Shown: positions 1-9,341 of the stretch, in pieces | How the letters are laid out: every line of letters starts with the position of its first letter | How positions within the stretch are numbered: the first letter of the stretch is position 1 | Virus record (IMG/VR): IMGVR_UViG_3300028920_000054 | Coordinates: 26,362 to 90,361 of that record | DNA from: a virus | DNA length: 64,000 nt | Reading direction: 5' to 3' (one strand) | Translations under genes and position numbers: made by a program | The notes under the pieces: model-generated | What the model saw: only the letters and a program-made list of their open reading frames with translations | Told to the model about the DNA's origin: nothing | Databases searched by the model: none

Positions 1-1
1 G

Positions 2-343
2 AAAAAAGCCTTCCACCCAGATATTGTCTTTCTTCCTTCACCGACAGACGTTCACCAAGACCATTCAGTTGTTGCTCGGGAAGGTGTAAGGGCTTTTATG
101 GATTGTTCGGTTCTTGGATACGAAGCGCCACGAAATGAACCGCAGACACACCACACAATGTTTTACGAAATAACCGAAGGGCAGTTGGATAAAAAGGTAA
201 ATGCTATAAATTGTTACGTGAGTCAGTTGGAAGGAAGGCCACAGATGGGCGAAGACTTTATAAGAAGCCTTGCCAAGATACGTGGTGCTCAGATAGGAAA
301 AAAGTATGCAGAAGCGTTTACCGTATATAGGTATATCAATTGA
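2..343 (+). CDS. PIG-L/LmbE family deacetylase, 5'-truncated by the window edge
   Basis: Frame is open from base 2: KKAFHPDIVFLPSPTDVHQDHSVVAREGVRAF... with D-x-H-x-D-H and a C-terminal AEAF, typical of LmbE-like deacetylases. Confidence 0.8.
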   Translation, partial: KKAFHPDIVFLPSPTDVHQDHSVVAREGVRAFMDCSVLGYEAPRNEPQTHHTMFYEITEGQLDKKVNAINCYVSQLEGRPQMGEDFIRSLAKIRGAQIGKKYAEAFTVYRYIN

Positions 344-912
344 AGTTTTCAGACCTTAAAGAACCGATAAGATTGTATGCCGGTGATATTCCCTTGTGGC
401 GAAAGGACAATATTGTTGGGCTATCCTTAACCAGAGACGATGGGCGGCACATAAAACACGATATAACAATTCCATTTCCATTAGACGATGGTTCGGTTGA
501 CAGATTTGAATCGGAAAGCGTATTTGAATATATAAAACCAACTAAACTACACAGCGTTATCAATGAGATACACAGGATATTAAGGGTCGGTGGACTCTTT
601 AGATTGTCGGTTCCAGACTATAGAAGCCCAATAATGTACGACAGGTGTTTGAAGTGTGACGGTAAAATTTACGAAGACCCGTTTGGAGGAAAGGGTGTTG
701 TGTGGTTTCCAACTATTGAATCAATGGTATGGTTGTTGGAAAAGACACAGTTTAAAAATGTGGAATACCTACACTATTATCTTCTAGATGGAACACCCGT
801 TGCGAAAAAGATAGACCATTCACTTGGCAAGATACAGCGAACACCGGATTTTGATATCAGAGTAAAAGATACGGGACTACCGCTTTCTTTGGTGGTGGAT
901 TTGGTGAAATAA
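340..912 (+). CDS. SAM-dependent methyltransferase-like protein
   Basis: HDIT..FP..DGSVD, EIHRILRVGG.FR.SVPD motifs of methyltransferase type 11 proteins in glycan clusters. Confidence 0.65.
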   Translation: MKFSDLKEPIRLYAGDIPLWRKDNIVGLSLTRDDGRHIKHDITIPFPLDDGSVDRFESESVFEYIKPTKLHSVINEIHRILRVGGLFRLSVPDYRSPIMYDRCLKCDGKIYEDPFGGKGVVWFPTIESMVWLLEKTQFKNVEYLHYYLLDGTPVAKKIDHSLGKIQRTPDFDIRVKDTGLPLSLVVDLVK

Positions 913-1211
913 TGGATACAATCGGTGGTTTGATAGACAAGTTGATAACTGTAGATACAAAGATGTGGAACAACCAAGAACTTCTTTACGAAATTAGAAG
1001 AATGTCTTTTGAAGAATTTAAAGAAAGATATATAGACGACAAAGACGGAACGTTTGATTTGTGGAATACACTTAAAAAATGTTGTGACCTTAACGTTCAA
1101 CGGAGCGACCTGATAGACGAAATAGACGAAACCATTGTAACGCTTGCACGAAAAACAGTATATGGTGAAGCGACAGACGGTTTTGTTCAAAAAAAGCACA
1201 AAACATATTAA
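912..1211 (+). CDS. hypothetical helical protein (DUF4254-like)
   Basis: TIGGLIDKL and LNVQRSDLIDEID patterns; overlaps neighbours in the operon. Confidence 0.5.
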   Translation: MDTIGGLIDKLITVDTKMWNNQELLYEIRRMSFEEFKERYIDDKDGTFDLWNTLKKCCDLNVQRSDLIDEIDETIVTLARKTVYGEATDGFVQKKHKTY

Positions 1212-1212
1212 T

Positions 1213-1902
1213 ATGATTACAAAAGTAGAAGACTTCAGAATACAGTTAAGCAACGTATGTAATATGAACCACAAGAAGTGTCCGGTAAGCGTGTACACCG
1301 AAAGAAAACACCTTCCGCTTAAATACGTTACGCAGATAATATATGAACTTTCAGAACTTGGATACGTTGGGTCAATAGGATTTCACTGTTATAATGAACC
1401 GACAATAGACCCACGGCTTTACTACATAATGAACTATACAAGAAAGATGCTTCCAAGGTCAACTATAATAATATGGACAAACGGAAAGATTCTTACCAAA
1501 GAACTGCTTCTTGACTTTTCCGAAATAGGCAATATAAAGTATTTTGTTTCAAGATATGACAATAGTATAACAAAGTCAATGTTCGACGATGTGGGTATAA
1601 GCGATGTTTCGTGGCTTGGGGTAGATGAAAACAAAATGGACGACAGGCTTTGTTGGTACGATAGAGATTGCAATCAACACAATACTCCGTGTACCGCACC
1701 GTATAGACAACTTTCGATTGATTACATGGGAAATGTTGTGATTTGCTGTATGGATTGGAAGTCATCTGTTGTGTTCGGTAATATAAAGGATAGTTCACTT
1801 ATTTATATTTTGAGTTCTGAAGAAATGAAACGAACGTCAAACGAACTTGCTGTGGGAATAAGAAGACATCCGCTGTGCAAAAGGTGTAGGACAAGAAGAT
1901 GA
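1213..1902 (+). CDS. radical SAM/SPASM-domain protein with atypical CxxxHxxC motif
   Basis: CNMNHKKCP, YNEP, TNG and a C-terminal SPASM/twitch region (C..P...GNVVICC.D...FGNI...C..C); start taken at ATG 1213. Confidence 0.75.
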   Translation: MITKVEDFRIQLSNVCNMNHKKCPVSVYTERKHLPLKYVTQIIYELSELGYVGSIGFHCYNEPTIDPRLYYIMNYTRKMLPRSTIIIWTNGKILTKELLLDFSEIGNIKYFVSRYDNSITKSMFDDVGISDVSWLGVDENKMDDRLCWYDRDCNQHNTPCTAPYRQLSIDYMGNVVICCMDWKSSVVFGNIKDSSLIYILSSEEMKRTSNELAVGIRRHPLCKRCRTRR

Positions 1903-2981
1903 AAAGTCATGGCACATTAATACCAATTTATAAACAGTACCTTCCAAATGTTAGCTGTGTATTGGATGCAATAAATTCCACGTGGATTTCTTCTTCGATG
2001 GGAAAGTATAAAGACTTAGCGATAGAAGAACTCAGACGGATAACTGGTTGCAAATATGTCATTCTAACTTCAAGCGGAACTACTGCAATGCACCTTGTTG
2101 CAAAGTCATTAAGATACAAGCACCCAGACATAAATACGTTGGTTATCCCAGACAATGTTTATGTTGCAGCAATAAATCCGTTTTTATATGATGGGGAATA
2201 CTGGAATCTCAAACTATCTAACACGGACGAATCAACGTGGAACATGGTGGATGAAATACCCGAAGAACGATGCGCTGTATTGATCGTTCATAACATTGGC
2301 AATGTAATTAATGTGCCGGAACTAAAAAGAAAGCACCCAAGCGCTGTATTTGTAGAAGATAATTGTGAAGGATTTTTGGGTGAATACGAAGGAAAACCAA
2401 CAGATTCAGAGTCTTTGTGTTCGGCAATTTCTTTTTACGGAAACAAAACCTTGTCAAGCGGAGAAGGAGGGGCTTTTGTTACAAATGACAAAGACATTTT
2501 TGAATACGCATATCGGCTTCATTCACAGGGGGAAACAGAAAAGAGATTTGTATATGACATGCTTGGATACAACTACAGGATGACGAATGTGGCGGCAGCA
2601 ATTCTGTGTGGACAGATAGAAAGCATTGATAACATACTAGAAATGAAGGGGCGCATTTTTGACAGATATAGGTCTGAACTTGGGCATCTATCACAGGAAA
2701 TAGACCCAAACACCAAAAATGCAAACTGGATGTTCGGTGTCAGGATAAAGGGAAGTTCTTACGAAACCACAAAAAAATATTTTGAAAAGCACCATATAGA
2801 AACAAGGCCAATGTTTTACCCACTAATGACACATACACACCTTCCGATACGTGAGTGTGGAGAAGCTGCCAAAATCCTTTCAAAAGAATGTGTCTTACTA
2901 CCCAGCTATCCAGAACTTTTAACCGAAGACGTAAAACACATCATAAGAACTGTTAAAGAATATAAGGCGACAATATCTTGA
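1899..2981 (+). CDS. DegT/DnrJ/EryC1/StrS PLP-dependent sugar aminotransferase (perosamine synthase-like)
   Basis: SSGTTAMH, EDNCE, SFYGNK(T)LSSGEGG PLP lysine motif, GYNYRMTN. Confidence 0.92.
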   Translation: MKSHGTLIPIYKQYLPNVSCVLDAINSTWISSSMGKYKDLAIEELRRITGCKYVILTSSGTTAMHLVAKSLRYKHPDINTLVIPDNVYVAAINPFLYDGEYWNLKLSNTDESTWNMVDEIPEERCAVLIVHNIGNVINVPELKRKHPSAVFVEDNCEGFLGEYEGKPTDSESLCSAISFYGNKTLSSGEGGAFVTNDKDIFEYAYRLHSQGETEKRFVYDMLGYNYRMTNVAAAILCGQIESIDNILEMKGRIFDRYRSELGHLSQEIDPNTKNANWMFGVRIKGSSYETTKKYFEKHHIETRPMFYPLMTHTHLPIRECGEAAKILSKECVLLPSYPELLTEDVKHIIRTVKEYKATIS

Positions 2982-3562
2982 ATATCTTAGTGGCAGGAAT
3001 GCACAAAAGCGGAAGTACCGCACTTTTTAACATAATCAGGTTTTGTTTTGAAGATGTTTATTCGTCTTGGTGTGGTTATTATAACGAAAAAAACGAAGCA
3101 AAAACACACCTTTTAAAAACACACGCATACAGCAAAGAACTTAGGGACTGGGCAGATATTATTTTTACAACAAAGCGGGACATGAAGGATTCTATTTCGT
3201 CTGCAAAAAGATTTCTAACTACAGAAAATATTCCATACGACTTCAATGAATATCTCAAACTTAATACGAAATATTATAACGACTGGAAAGAATATTCAGA
3301 TTACGAATTTGTGTATGAACGATACATAGAAGACCCAATAAAAATAATAACCGAAATTTCATCAGTACTTGGTGTTTCAATAGATGCTGAAAAGGTTTAT
3401 TCAATGCTCATGGAGTTGATATCCGATAAAAGCCTTATCTTCGGAGATTATACAAACCATATTATAACAAGCAAGAATTTGGTTGGGAAAATGATTGTAG
3501 GTGGTTATGCTGATTATCTTACCAAAGAGGAAATAGAAGCAATTGATTCTTATATCCCATAG
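2978..3562 (+). CDS. sulfotransferase-like protein
   Basis: N-terminal GMHKSGST (5'-PAPS-binding-like), LKTH, RD..D...S and YE motifs. Confidence 0.65.
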   Translation: MNILVAGMHKSGSTALFNIIRFCFEDVYSSWCGYYNEKNEAKTHLLKTHAYSKELRDWADIIFTTKRDMKDSISSAKRFLTTENIPYDFNEYLKLNTKYYNDWKEYSDYEFVYERYIEDPIKIITEISSVLGVSIDAEKVYSMLMELISDKSLIFGDYTNHIITSKNLVGKMIVGGYADYLTKEEIEAIDSYIP

Positions 3563-3968
3563 GGGCAATGTTTCGGGAAAGACTGAGGAAGAAAACAACC
3601 CAGACTATATCAATTCTGCGCTTAAGAATTTTGATTGCGAAGTTGACGTTTGGCATTACGATGGTTGGTATCTTGGACACGACAAGCCCGAACATGAAAT
3701 AGAAGAATCCTTTTTAAGGCAAGAAGGGTTGTGGTGTCACGCAAAAACAGAATGGACGCTATACTCCTTAATGGGTTTAGGGGTAAGGTGCTTTTTCCAC
3801 AACACCGATGCGGTTACGTTAACTTCAGATGGTTATTTGTGGACATATCCCGGCAGGACATTAACCCCAAGTTCAATATGCGTCTTGCCCGAAATGCGTG
3901 GTATAACCAAAACAATTATGAGACCATGTGCAGGGTTTTGTAGCGACAGAATAGGAGAATATGTTTGA
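3543..3968 (+). CDS. GDPD/PLC-like phosphodiesterase fold protein
   Basis: ISHRGN, EN, CEVDVW, LGHD, WCHAK motifs. Confidence 0.65.
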   Translation: MILISHRGNVSGKTEEENNPDYINSALKNFDCEVDVWHYDGWYLGHDKPEHEIEESFLRQEGLWCHAKTEWTLYSLMGLGVRCFFHNTDAVTLTSDGYLWTYPGRTLTPSSICVLPEMRGITKTIMRPCAGFCSDRIGEYV

Positions 3969-4966
3969 AAGCACTTGTAAGTGGGGTCACAGGACAGGAT
4001 GGTTCGTATCTTACTGAAATTCTTTTAGATAAGGGATACGAAGTTCACGGAATTGTAAGAAGGTCAAGTTCACTAAACACCGCAAGAATAGACCATCTTT
4101 ACAAAGATCAGCACGAAGACACGAAACTTCACCTTCACTTTGGCGACTTGTCTGTGTCTGGTCAATTAATGGAGCTTGTTGGTGACATCAAGCCGGATGA
4201 AATTTATAATCTTGCAGCAATGTCTCACGTAAAAGTTAGCTTTGAAGTACCAGAATATACTGGAGATATAGTTGGACTTGGGACACTAAGGATGCTTGAG
4301 GCGATAAGAAGGGCACACCCGAAAGCAAGGATGTATCAAGCTTCGTCGTCAGAGTTATGGGGGTCTTCACCTCCACCACAGAACGAAGATACTCCGTTTA
4401 GTCCACAAAGCCCATACGCCATAGCAAAGCTATATGCTTACCATATGGTAAAGAATTATCGAGAAGCCTACGGAATCTTTGCAAGTAACGGAATATTGAC
4501 AAATCACGAATCGGCTCGTCGTGGGGAGACTTTCGTAACACGTAAGATTACACGTGCAGCAACAAGGATAAAGTTAGGACTGCAAGACAAATTATACCTT
4601 GGGAACCTTGAAGCTAAGCGTGATTGGAGCCACGCTAAAGATTTTTGTAGCGCAATGGTTCTTATACTCCAACACGAAAAACCAGACGACTTTGTTATAG
4701 CAAGTGGGGTAATGAGAACAGTAAGGGAGTTTTTGGAAGCAGTTTTTACACGATTAGATTTAGACTATAAGGACTATGTTGAAATCGACCAACGCTATTA
4801 CAGGCCAACAGAAGTAGACGCCCTGTGTGGTGATTCTTCAAAGGCAAGAAAGGTTCTAGGGTGGGAACCGAAGATTACATTTGACCAACTTGTTGATGAA
4901 ATGGTTGAATCGGATATGGAGCTTGCTAAGAAGGAATTGGTTTTAAAAGAGGCTGGTTTTGATTAA
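3965..4966 (+). CDS. gmd: GDP-mannose 4,6-dehydratase
   Basis: [56 protein letters not shown]. Confidence 0.97.
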   Translation: MKALVSGVTGQDGSYLTEILLDKGYEVHGIVRRSSSLNTARIDHLYKDQHEDTKLHLHFGDLSVSGQLMELVGDIKPDEIYNLAAMSHVKVSFEVPEYTGDIVGLGTLRMLEAIRRAHPKARMYQASSSELWGSSPPPQNEDTPFSPQSPYAIAKLYAYHMVKNYREAYGIFASNGILTNHESARRGETFVTRKITRAATRIKLGLQDKLYLGNLEAKRDWSHAKDFCSAMVLILQHEKPDDFVIASGVMRTVREFLEAVFTRLDLDYKDYVEIDQRYYRPTEVDALCGDSSKARKVLGWEPKITFDQLVDEMVESDMELAKKELVLKEAGFD

Positions 4967-5411
4967 ACGATTTAAGGATGAAACCAAACTTGTTGCGAAG
5001 TGGACTGCTAAAATAAGGGGCGGATATTACTTCCACGTTTTTCTATGGCAAGACCAAGACAGTTTCGATGAAAACACCTATGACAAGGTTCCAAATTCTT
5101 GTCTTGGTTGTGTAGATTTTGTTCCATGGACTTTGTTTATAGACAAAGGCACTGAAATACGAGTGGTAAAACCAAAGTTAGGCGAAATACATTTTATAAA
5201 AGAAAAGTGGAATACCGAAATTGTTGCACACGAATTGTGTCACGCATTGATACATAGACTCAGGGTGGTAGAGCCAAGCGTGGAAAAGGTTATAGATCAA
5301 GAAGATGACGCAGAAGAAGATGTGTGCTATTGGTTTGGAAGATTATTTAACGATATTTATAGACTATTGTGGGAAGTAGACCCACCAAAGGGATTTGGAA
5401 AACAACAATGA
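4959..5411 (+). CDS. hypothetical protein with HExxH zincin motif
   Basis: IVAHELCHA followed by a downstream EE; overlaps both gmd and fcl. Confidence 0.55.
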   Translation: MIKRFKDETKLVAKWTAKIRGGYYFHVFLWQDQDSFDENTYDKVPNSCLGCVDFVPWTLFIDKGTEIRVVKPKLGEIHFIKEKWNTEIVAHELCHALIHRLRVVEPSVEKVIDQEDDAEEDVCYWFGRLFNDIYRLLWEVDPPKGFGKQQ

Positions 5412-6331
5412 GAATAGTCGTTACAGGTGGCAGTGGATTCTTAGGCAAATACGTTGTTGAACGGATTGGTGGAATTAGTGCGAATCATTCGGAATATGAT
5501 TTCGTAAGTGCTGAGGACGTAAAGCGGATGTATGATGAATTAAATCCAGATATTGTAATACATCTTGCCGCAAGAGTCGGTGGAATTGGCTTCAATATGG
5601 ACTACCCAGCAGTCCTTTTTTATGAAAACATAATGATGGGAACACAACTATTACACGAAGGATATGTTAGGGGGATAAAAAAGTTTATTAGCATTGGAAC
5701 CACCTGTTCTTATCCAAAGCATACCCCCATCCCGTTTAAGGAGTGCGATATATGGAATGGATATCCAGAAGAAACAAATGCCCCCTATGGTATGGCTAAA
5801 AAAATGCTCCTTGTCCAGTCCCAAGCATATAGAAAACAATATGGTTTTAATTCAATCTTTTTGATACCAACAAATATGTATGGATGCAGAGATAATTTTG
5901 ATTATAATTCATCACACGTTATACCATCACTAATAAGGAAATTCAAGGAACATGATGATGTTATAATATGGGGAGATGGGAGCGCAACTAGGGACTTTAT
6001 ATATGTTGAGGATGCTGTAGATGCAATTGTCCTTGCACTTGAAAAATATAATGGAATTGAACCCATAAACATCGGAACGGGAAAACAAACATCAATAAGT
6101 GAATTAGTAAAAATAATAACAAACATAACGTCATTTAGTGGCGATATACATTGGGACAAATCAAAACCAAATGGACAACCAGTTAGAATGCTAGACACAT
6201 CGGTAGCTAAGACAGAACTTGGATTTGAAGCTAAAACTCAAATTTACGAAGGATTAGAAAAAACAATAGCTTGGTACGAAGATGCTTATAAATGCCTAGC
6301 GCCCAAAGGAGGTACCACCAGCGTAAGTTGA
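5408..6331 (+). CDS. fcl: GDP-L-fucose synthase (epimerase/reductase)
   Basis: TGGSGFLG, HLAARVGGI, CSYP, YGMAK, SHVIPSLI, WGDG..TRDF; start ATG 5408. Confidence 0.95.
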   Translation: MRIVVTGGSGFLGKYVVERIGGISANHSEYDFVSAEDVKRMYDELNPDIVIHLAARVGGIGFNMDYPAVLFYENIMMGTQLLHEGYVRGIKKFISIGTTCSYPKHTPIPFKECDIWNGYPEETNAPYGMAKKMLLVQSQAYRKQYGFNSIFLIPTNMYGCRDNFDYNSSHVIPSLIRKFKEHDDVIIWGDGSATRDFIYVEDAVDAIVLALEKYNGIEPINIGTGKQTSISELVKIITNITSFSGDIHWDKSKPNGQPVRMLDTSVAKTELGFEAKTQIYEGLEKTIAWYEDAYKCLAPKGGTTSVS

Positions 6332-7227
6332 AAACCATAAAGATTAATTTTTCCAATTGGTGGGGGTTCGGAATAGAAGAATGGAGGGCTATGTTCTCTT
6401 TTCTTGATTACAATTTTGTTCTTAGTCTTCATCCAGATTATGTTATATTTTCAAATACAGCAGAAAGAAGTATGCCAACCATCCATTGCGAAAGACGCGT
6501 TAAGAAAATATTCTTCATGGGTGAAATTATAGATGTTGACATGTCTAAATGCGATTGGGCGTTTGGAGATAATTACGTAAACAGCCCAAGGCACTTCAGG
6601 ATGCCATACTATGTTATAAGGATGTTGTATACAGGAACACCACTTGATTCGCTCATAAAAAATATAGACACAGAACAGGTAAAGTATGAAAAGACAAAAT
6701 TCTGTAATTTCCTTTTTTCAAATACAAGAGATGGTGAAACTAGGAATAGATTTTTTAAAGAACTGTCAAAATATAAGAAGGTAGATTCGGCAGGCACTTC
6801 GTTCAATAATATGGGGTTTGTTTTGGGTGGAAGACAGGGAACCAAGGTTGGCGGATATACGAAATATCCTGAAAAAATGAGATTTCTCAGAGATTATAAG
6901 TTCACAATAGCATTTGAAAACAACAGAAGCGATTATAACCCAAATTCAGGATATACGACGGAAAAACTTACAGAGCCAATGCTAGTAAATAGTATCCCAA
7001 TTTACAGGGGCAATCCAAGAATTGGTGAAGAATTTAACACAAACAGCTTTTTTAATTATTATGACTTTCGTTCAGAAAAAGAATTCATAGACTACATAAT
7101 TGAAGTTGATAAAAACGACTATCTGTATGAAGGGATGTTGGAAGAACCGTGGTTGCTTGGGAACAAATTGACAAAACAGCTAGATGTAAAAGCGATTAAG
7201 CGGCAGTTTGAGAAGATATTTAGATAG
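6292..7227 (+). CDS. GT10 family alpha-1,3/4-fucosyltransferase-like glycosyltransferase
   Basis: KFCNF..SN, YKKVDSAG, YKFTIAFEN, GYTTEKL, IPIY.G motifs as in Helicobacter FucT. Confidence 0.88.
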   Translation: MPSAQRRYHQRKLKTIKINFSNWWGFGIEEWRAMFSFLDYNFVLSLHPDYVIFSNTAERSMPTIHCERRVKKIFFMGEIIDVDMSKCDWAFGDNYVNSPRHFRMPYYVIRMLYTGTPLDSLIKNIDTEQVKYEKTKFCNFLFSNTRDGETRNRFFKELSKYKKVDSAGTSFNNMGFVLGGRQGTKVGGYTKYPEKMRFLRDYKFTIAFENNRSDYNPNSGYTTEKLTEPMLVNSIPIYRGNPRIGEEFNTNSFFNYYDFRSEKEFIDYIIEVDKNDYLYEGMLEEPWLLGNKLTKQLDVKAIKRQFEKIFR

Positions 7228-7245
7228 GGTGGTAGGGTAAGAACG

Positions 7246-7614
7246 ATGATATATTCGGGAACAAATAGAACAAGAAAATGTCACACGGCATATTATTACT
7301 ATAACACAGACGCAACGGACACAACAAGTTCAACAGAAACGTCTGGAACGACCGAAAACACACCCTTTGGCTACGAAATAAGCGAATTCTGCCACATCAC
7401 ATATATTGAACTAGCGATAAGGGTTGTTGTAGAAAGGCAACGACCCACCTATGCTACTCGGTTAACGTTTATGGCCACCCAAGAGAAACACAACACCGAA
7501 CTTTCTATTATGTTACGCAACACCAGAAAAAGATGTTGGGATAAGCTACTTACAATAAACGAAACAGGAAAAGAACGTGTAAAAAGAATGAGAAGGATGC
7601 AAAGAGCGTGTTAA
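7246..7614 (+). CDS. hypothetical protein
   Basis: ORF co-oriented with the operon; no motif recognised. Confidence 0.4.
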   Translation: MIYSGTNRTRKCHTAYYYYNTDATDTTSSTETSGTTENTPFGYEISEFCHITYIELAIRVVVERQRPTYATRLTFMATQEKHNTELSIMLRNTRKRCWDKLLTINETGKERVKRMRRMQRAC

Positions 7615-7615
7615 A

Positions 7616-8065
7616 ATGAAAAACTTTAGTTGCCCCATGGGGCTAACAAATAAAGATGCGATGTGTGTTGAGTGCAAAGAAGCAAAGCCAGTCAAGGTTG
7701 AAGGTTCTACGTGTGGAGGACCAGCTGGTATCAGTGGCTTTTGGTTAAAATTTCCAGATGGAAAATCATCAAGCATTATACCTGCGTCAGAAGAAACGAT
7801 TGAATCTAAATATTCAGAACTTACGGATGGATTTGGAACATGCACAGAGTGGAACAAGAAAAAGGTAGCGTTTTGTTGCGGATGTGGCGGAGTGATTAGG
7901 TGTATATGCGGCTATAGCACAATGTTTTGTTTATGTGCCATTCAAACAGAACCGTGGAAATCAGCCCACGGAAAATGCCCATTTTGTGGAAGATCGTGCA
8001 CCATTATTCACGCCAAGGGGTTCGCTCGAAGTAATTTTGATGCCACACGATGTGTTTCTCCGTAA
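7616..8065 (+). CDS. hypothetical Cys-rich protein
   Basis: Multiple CxxC/CxC motifs. Confidence 0.45.
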   Translation: MKNFSCPMGLTNKDAMCVECKEAKPVKVEGSTCGGPAGISGFWLKFPDGKSSSIIPASEETIESKYSELTDGFGTCTEWNKKKVAFCCGCGGVIRCICGYSTMFCLCAIQTEPWKSAHGKCPFCGRSCTIIHAKGFARSNFDATRCVSP

Positions 8066-8105
8066 TAATAGCGCATAAATGGTACGTCTATGTACGTATT
8101 AATGC

Positions 8106-8134
8106 TTGACAAAATACGATAGCTAGTGTAAGGT
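8106..8134 (+). promoter_or_regulatory. sigma-70-type promoter upstream of the virion operon
   Basis: TTGACA-17 bp-TAAGGT; 8104-8130 is identical to 63779-63805. Confidence 0.7.
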
Positions 8135-8139
8135 GCAAG

Positions 8140-8304
8140 TTGAATAGTGTAGAAAAAACAGAAGTTGCATTAGATAAGGTCAGAGTTCAACACAAGAGAC
8201 TGAAAAGGGAGAAGTTTACGGGTGAAGTTGTTTTCACCATAAAATTAACCTATAATCAGGGAGGTGTACGGACAGAAGAGGTAACGTTAAAACAAAAAGT
8301 TTAG
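8140..8304 (+). CDS. small 54-aa protein, DUF2292/YezD-like (not in the ORF track)
   Basis: Translated by hand from TTG: MNSVEKTEVALDKVRVQHKRLKREKFTGEVVFTIKLTYNQGGVRTEEVTLKQKV; FTG.V.....QGG pattern. Confidence 0.55.
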   Translation: MNSVEKTEVALDKVRVQHKRLKREKFTGEVVFTIKLTYNQGGVRTEEVTLKQKV

Positions 8305-8342
8305 GACTCTTAAATTAATCTCCCCATTAGGGGACAATGTTT

Positions 8343-8382
8343 AAGCCCAGTTTTCGGAGGAATCCGTTTATTGGGCTTTTTT
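8343..8382 (+). terminator. hairpin plus U-tract upstream of the scaffold gene (terminator/attenuator)
   Basis: AAGCCCAG...TTGGGCTT followed by a T run. Confidence 0.55.
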
Positions 8383-8418
8383 TATTTTAGCTCGGAAGAG
8401 CAACGGAGGCGTGAAGCC

Positions 8419-9291
8419 ATGAAATACAAGACAATAGAAGGCGAAGACGGAAGTGTTGTTGGTGTAGCTGTAAATGAAAAGGGTTTGCCCGTAATGGTTG
8501 GTGATGATGGTGCTGAAGTTGCTATAGATGCAATTCATCTATACAGTAAAATTCCATCACTTCAGGAAGAAGCAAAAAATCACAGACTTAAGGCAAAGGA
8601 ATTTCAGGATGAACTTGATTCGTTCAAAGAAAAATATTCTGGAATAGAAGACCCCTCCAAGGCACTTGAAGCTCTAACTAAAATGCAGGATATTGAAGGT
8701 CAGAAGCTTATAGATTCCAAAGATGCGGAAGCATTAAGGCTTCAGTTGCAGGATGCTCATGATAAGGAACTTTCTGGAATAAAAAAGACCTATGATGAAA
8801 AAATAACAGAGCTTAGTGGGATTATAAACTCTCAACAGGCTGACATATTTGATTCATTAGTGCTTCAGAACTTTAACAATTCACAATGGTTTGCTGGTGA
8901 AAACCCAAAGACACACCTTGTTCCCGAAATCGCTAAAGACCATTTTGGGAAACACTTTAAGGTCGAAAAGAATTCGGCTGGAAAGACAGTGGTTATTGGA
9001 TACCATCTCGGTGGAGAAAGTGATGGACAGAAAATTTTCTCAATAGAAAGGCCAGGAGAAATTGCGGGATTTGATGAAGCAATGTCTATGATTATAGATA
9101 AGCATCCCCAAAGAGACAATATTCTGAGAGCGTCATTTGGTGGTGGGGCTGGCGGTGCTGATAATACGCCTAGTGCAAATAAACTTGAAAAGCTGAAAAA
9201 GGACTATGCGGCAGCACTTGCCAGTAAAAACACGGCACTTGCTAACCGTCTAATACGCCAGATTAATAGCGAAGAATCAAAAAATAAATAA
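8419..9291 (+). CDS. capsid scaffolding protein (DUF6651-like)
   Basis: G.PV..DDG.E...DA, EAK.HR, coiled coil, IFS..RPGE.A.FDEA, G-rich tail; directly before the MCP; GGAGG RBS before ATG 8419. Confidence 0.8.
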   Translation: MKYKTIEGEDGSVVGVAVNEKGLPVMVGDDGAEVAIDAIHLYSKIPSLQEEAKNHRLKAKEFQDELDSFKEKYSGIEDPSKALEALTKMQDIEGQKLIDSKDAEALRLQLQDAHDKELSGIKKTYDEKITELSGIINSQQADIFDSLVLQNFNNSQWFAGENPKTHLVPEIAKDHFGKHFKVEKNSAGKTVVIGYHLGGESDGQKIFSIERPGEIAGFDEAMSMIIDKHPQRDNILRASFGGGAGGADNTPSANKLEKLKKDYAAALASKNTALANRLIRQINSEESKNK

Positions 9292-9341
9292 GCAACAAAG
9301 TAAGATTGCCACCGAGCGACCACTAACAAAGGAGAGCAATT

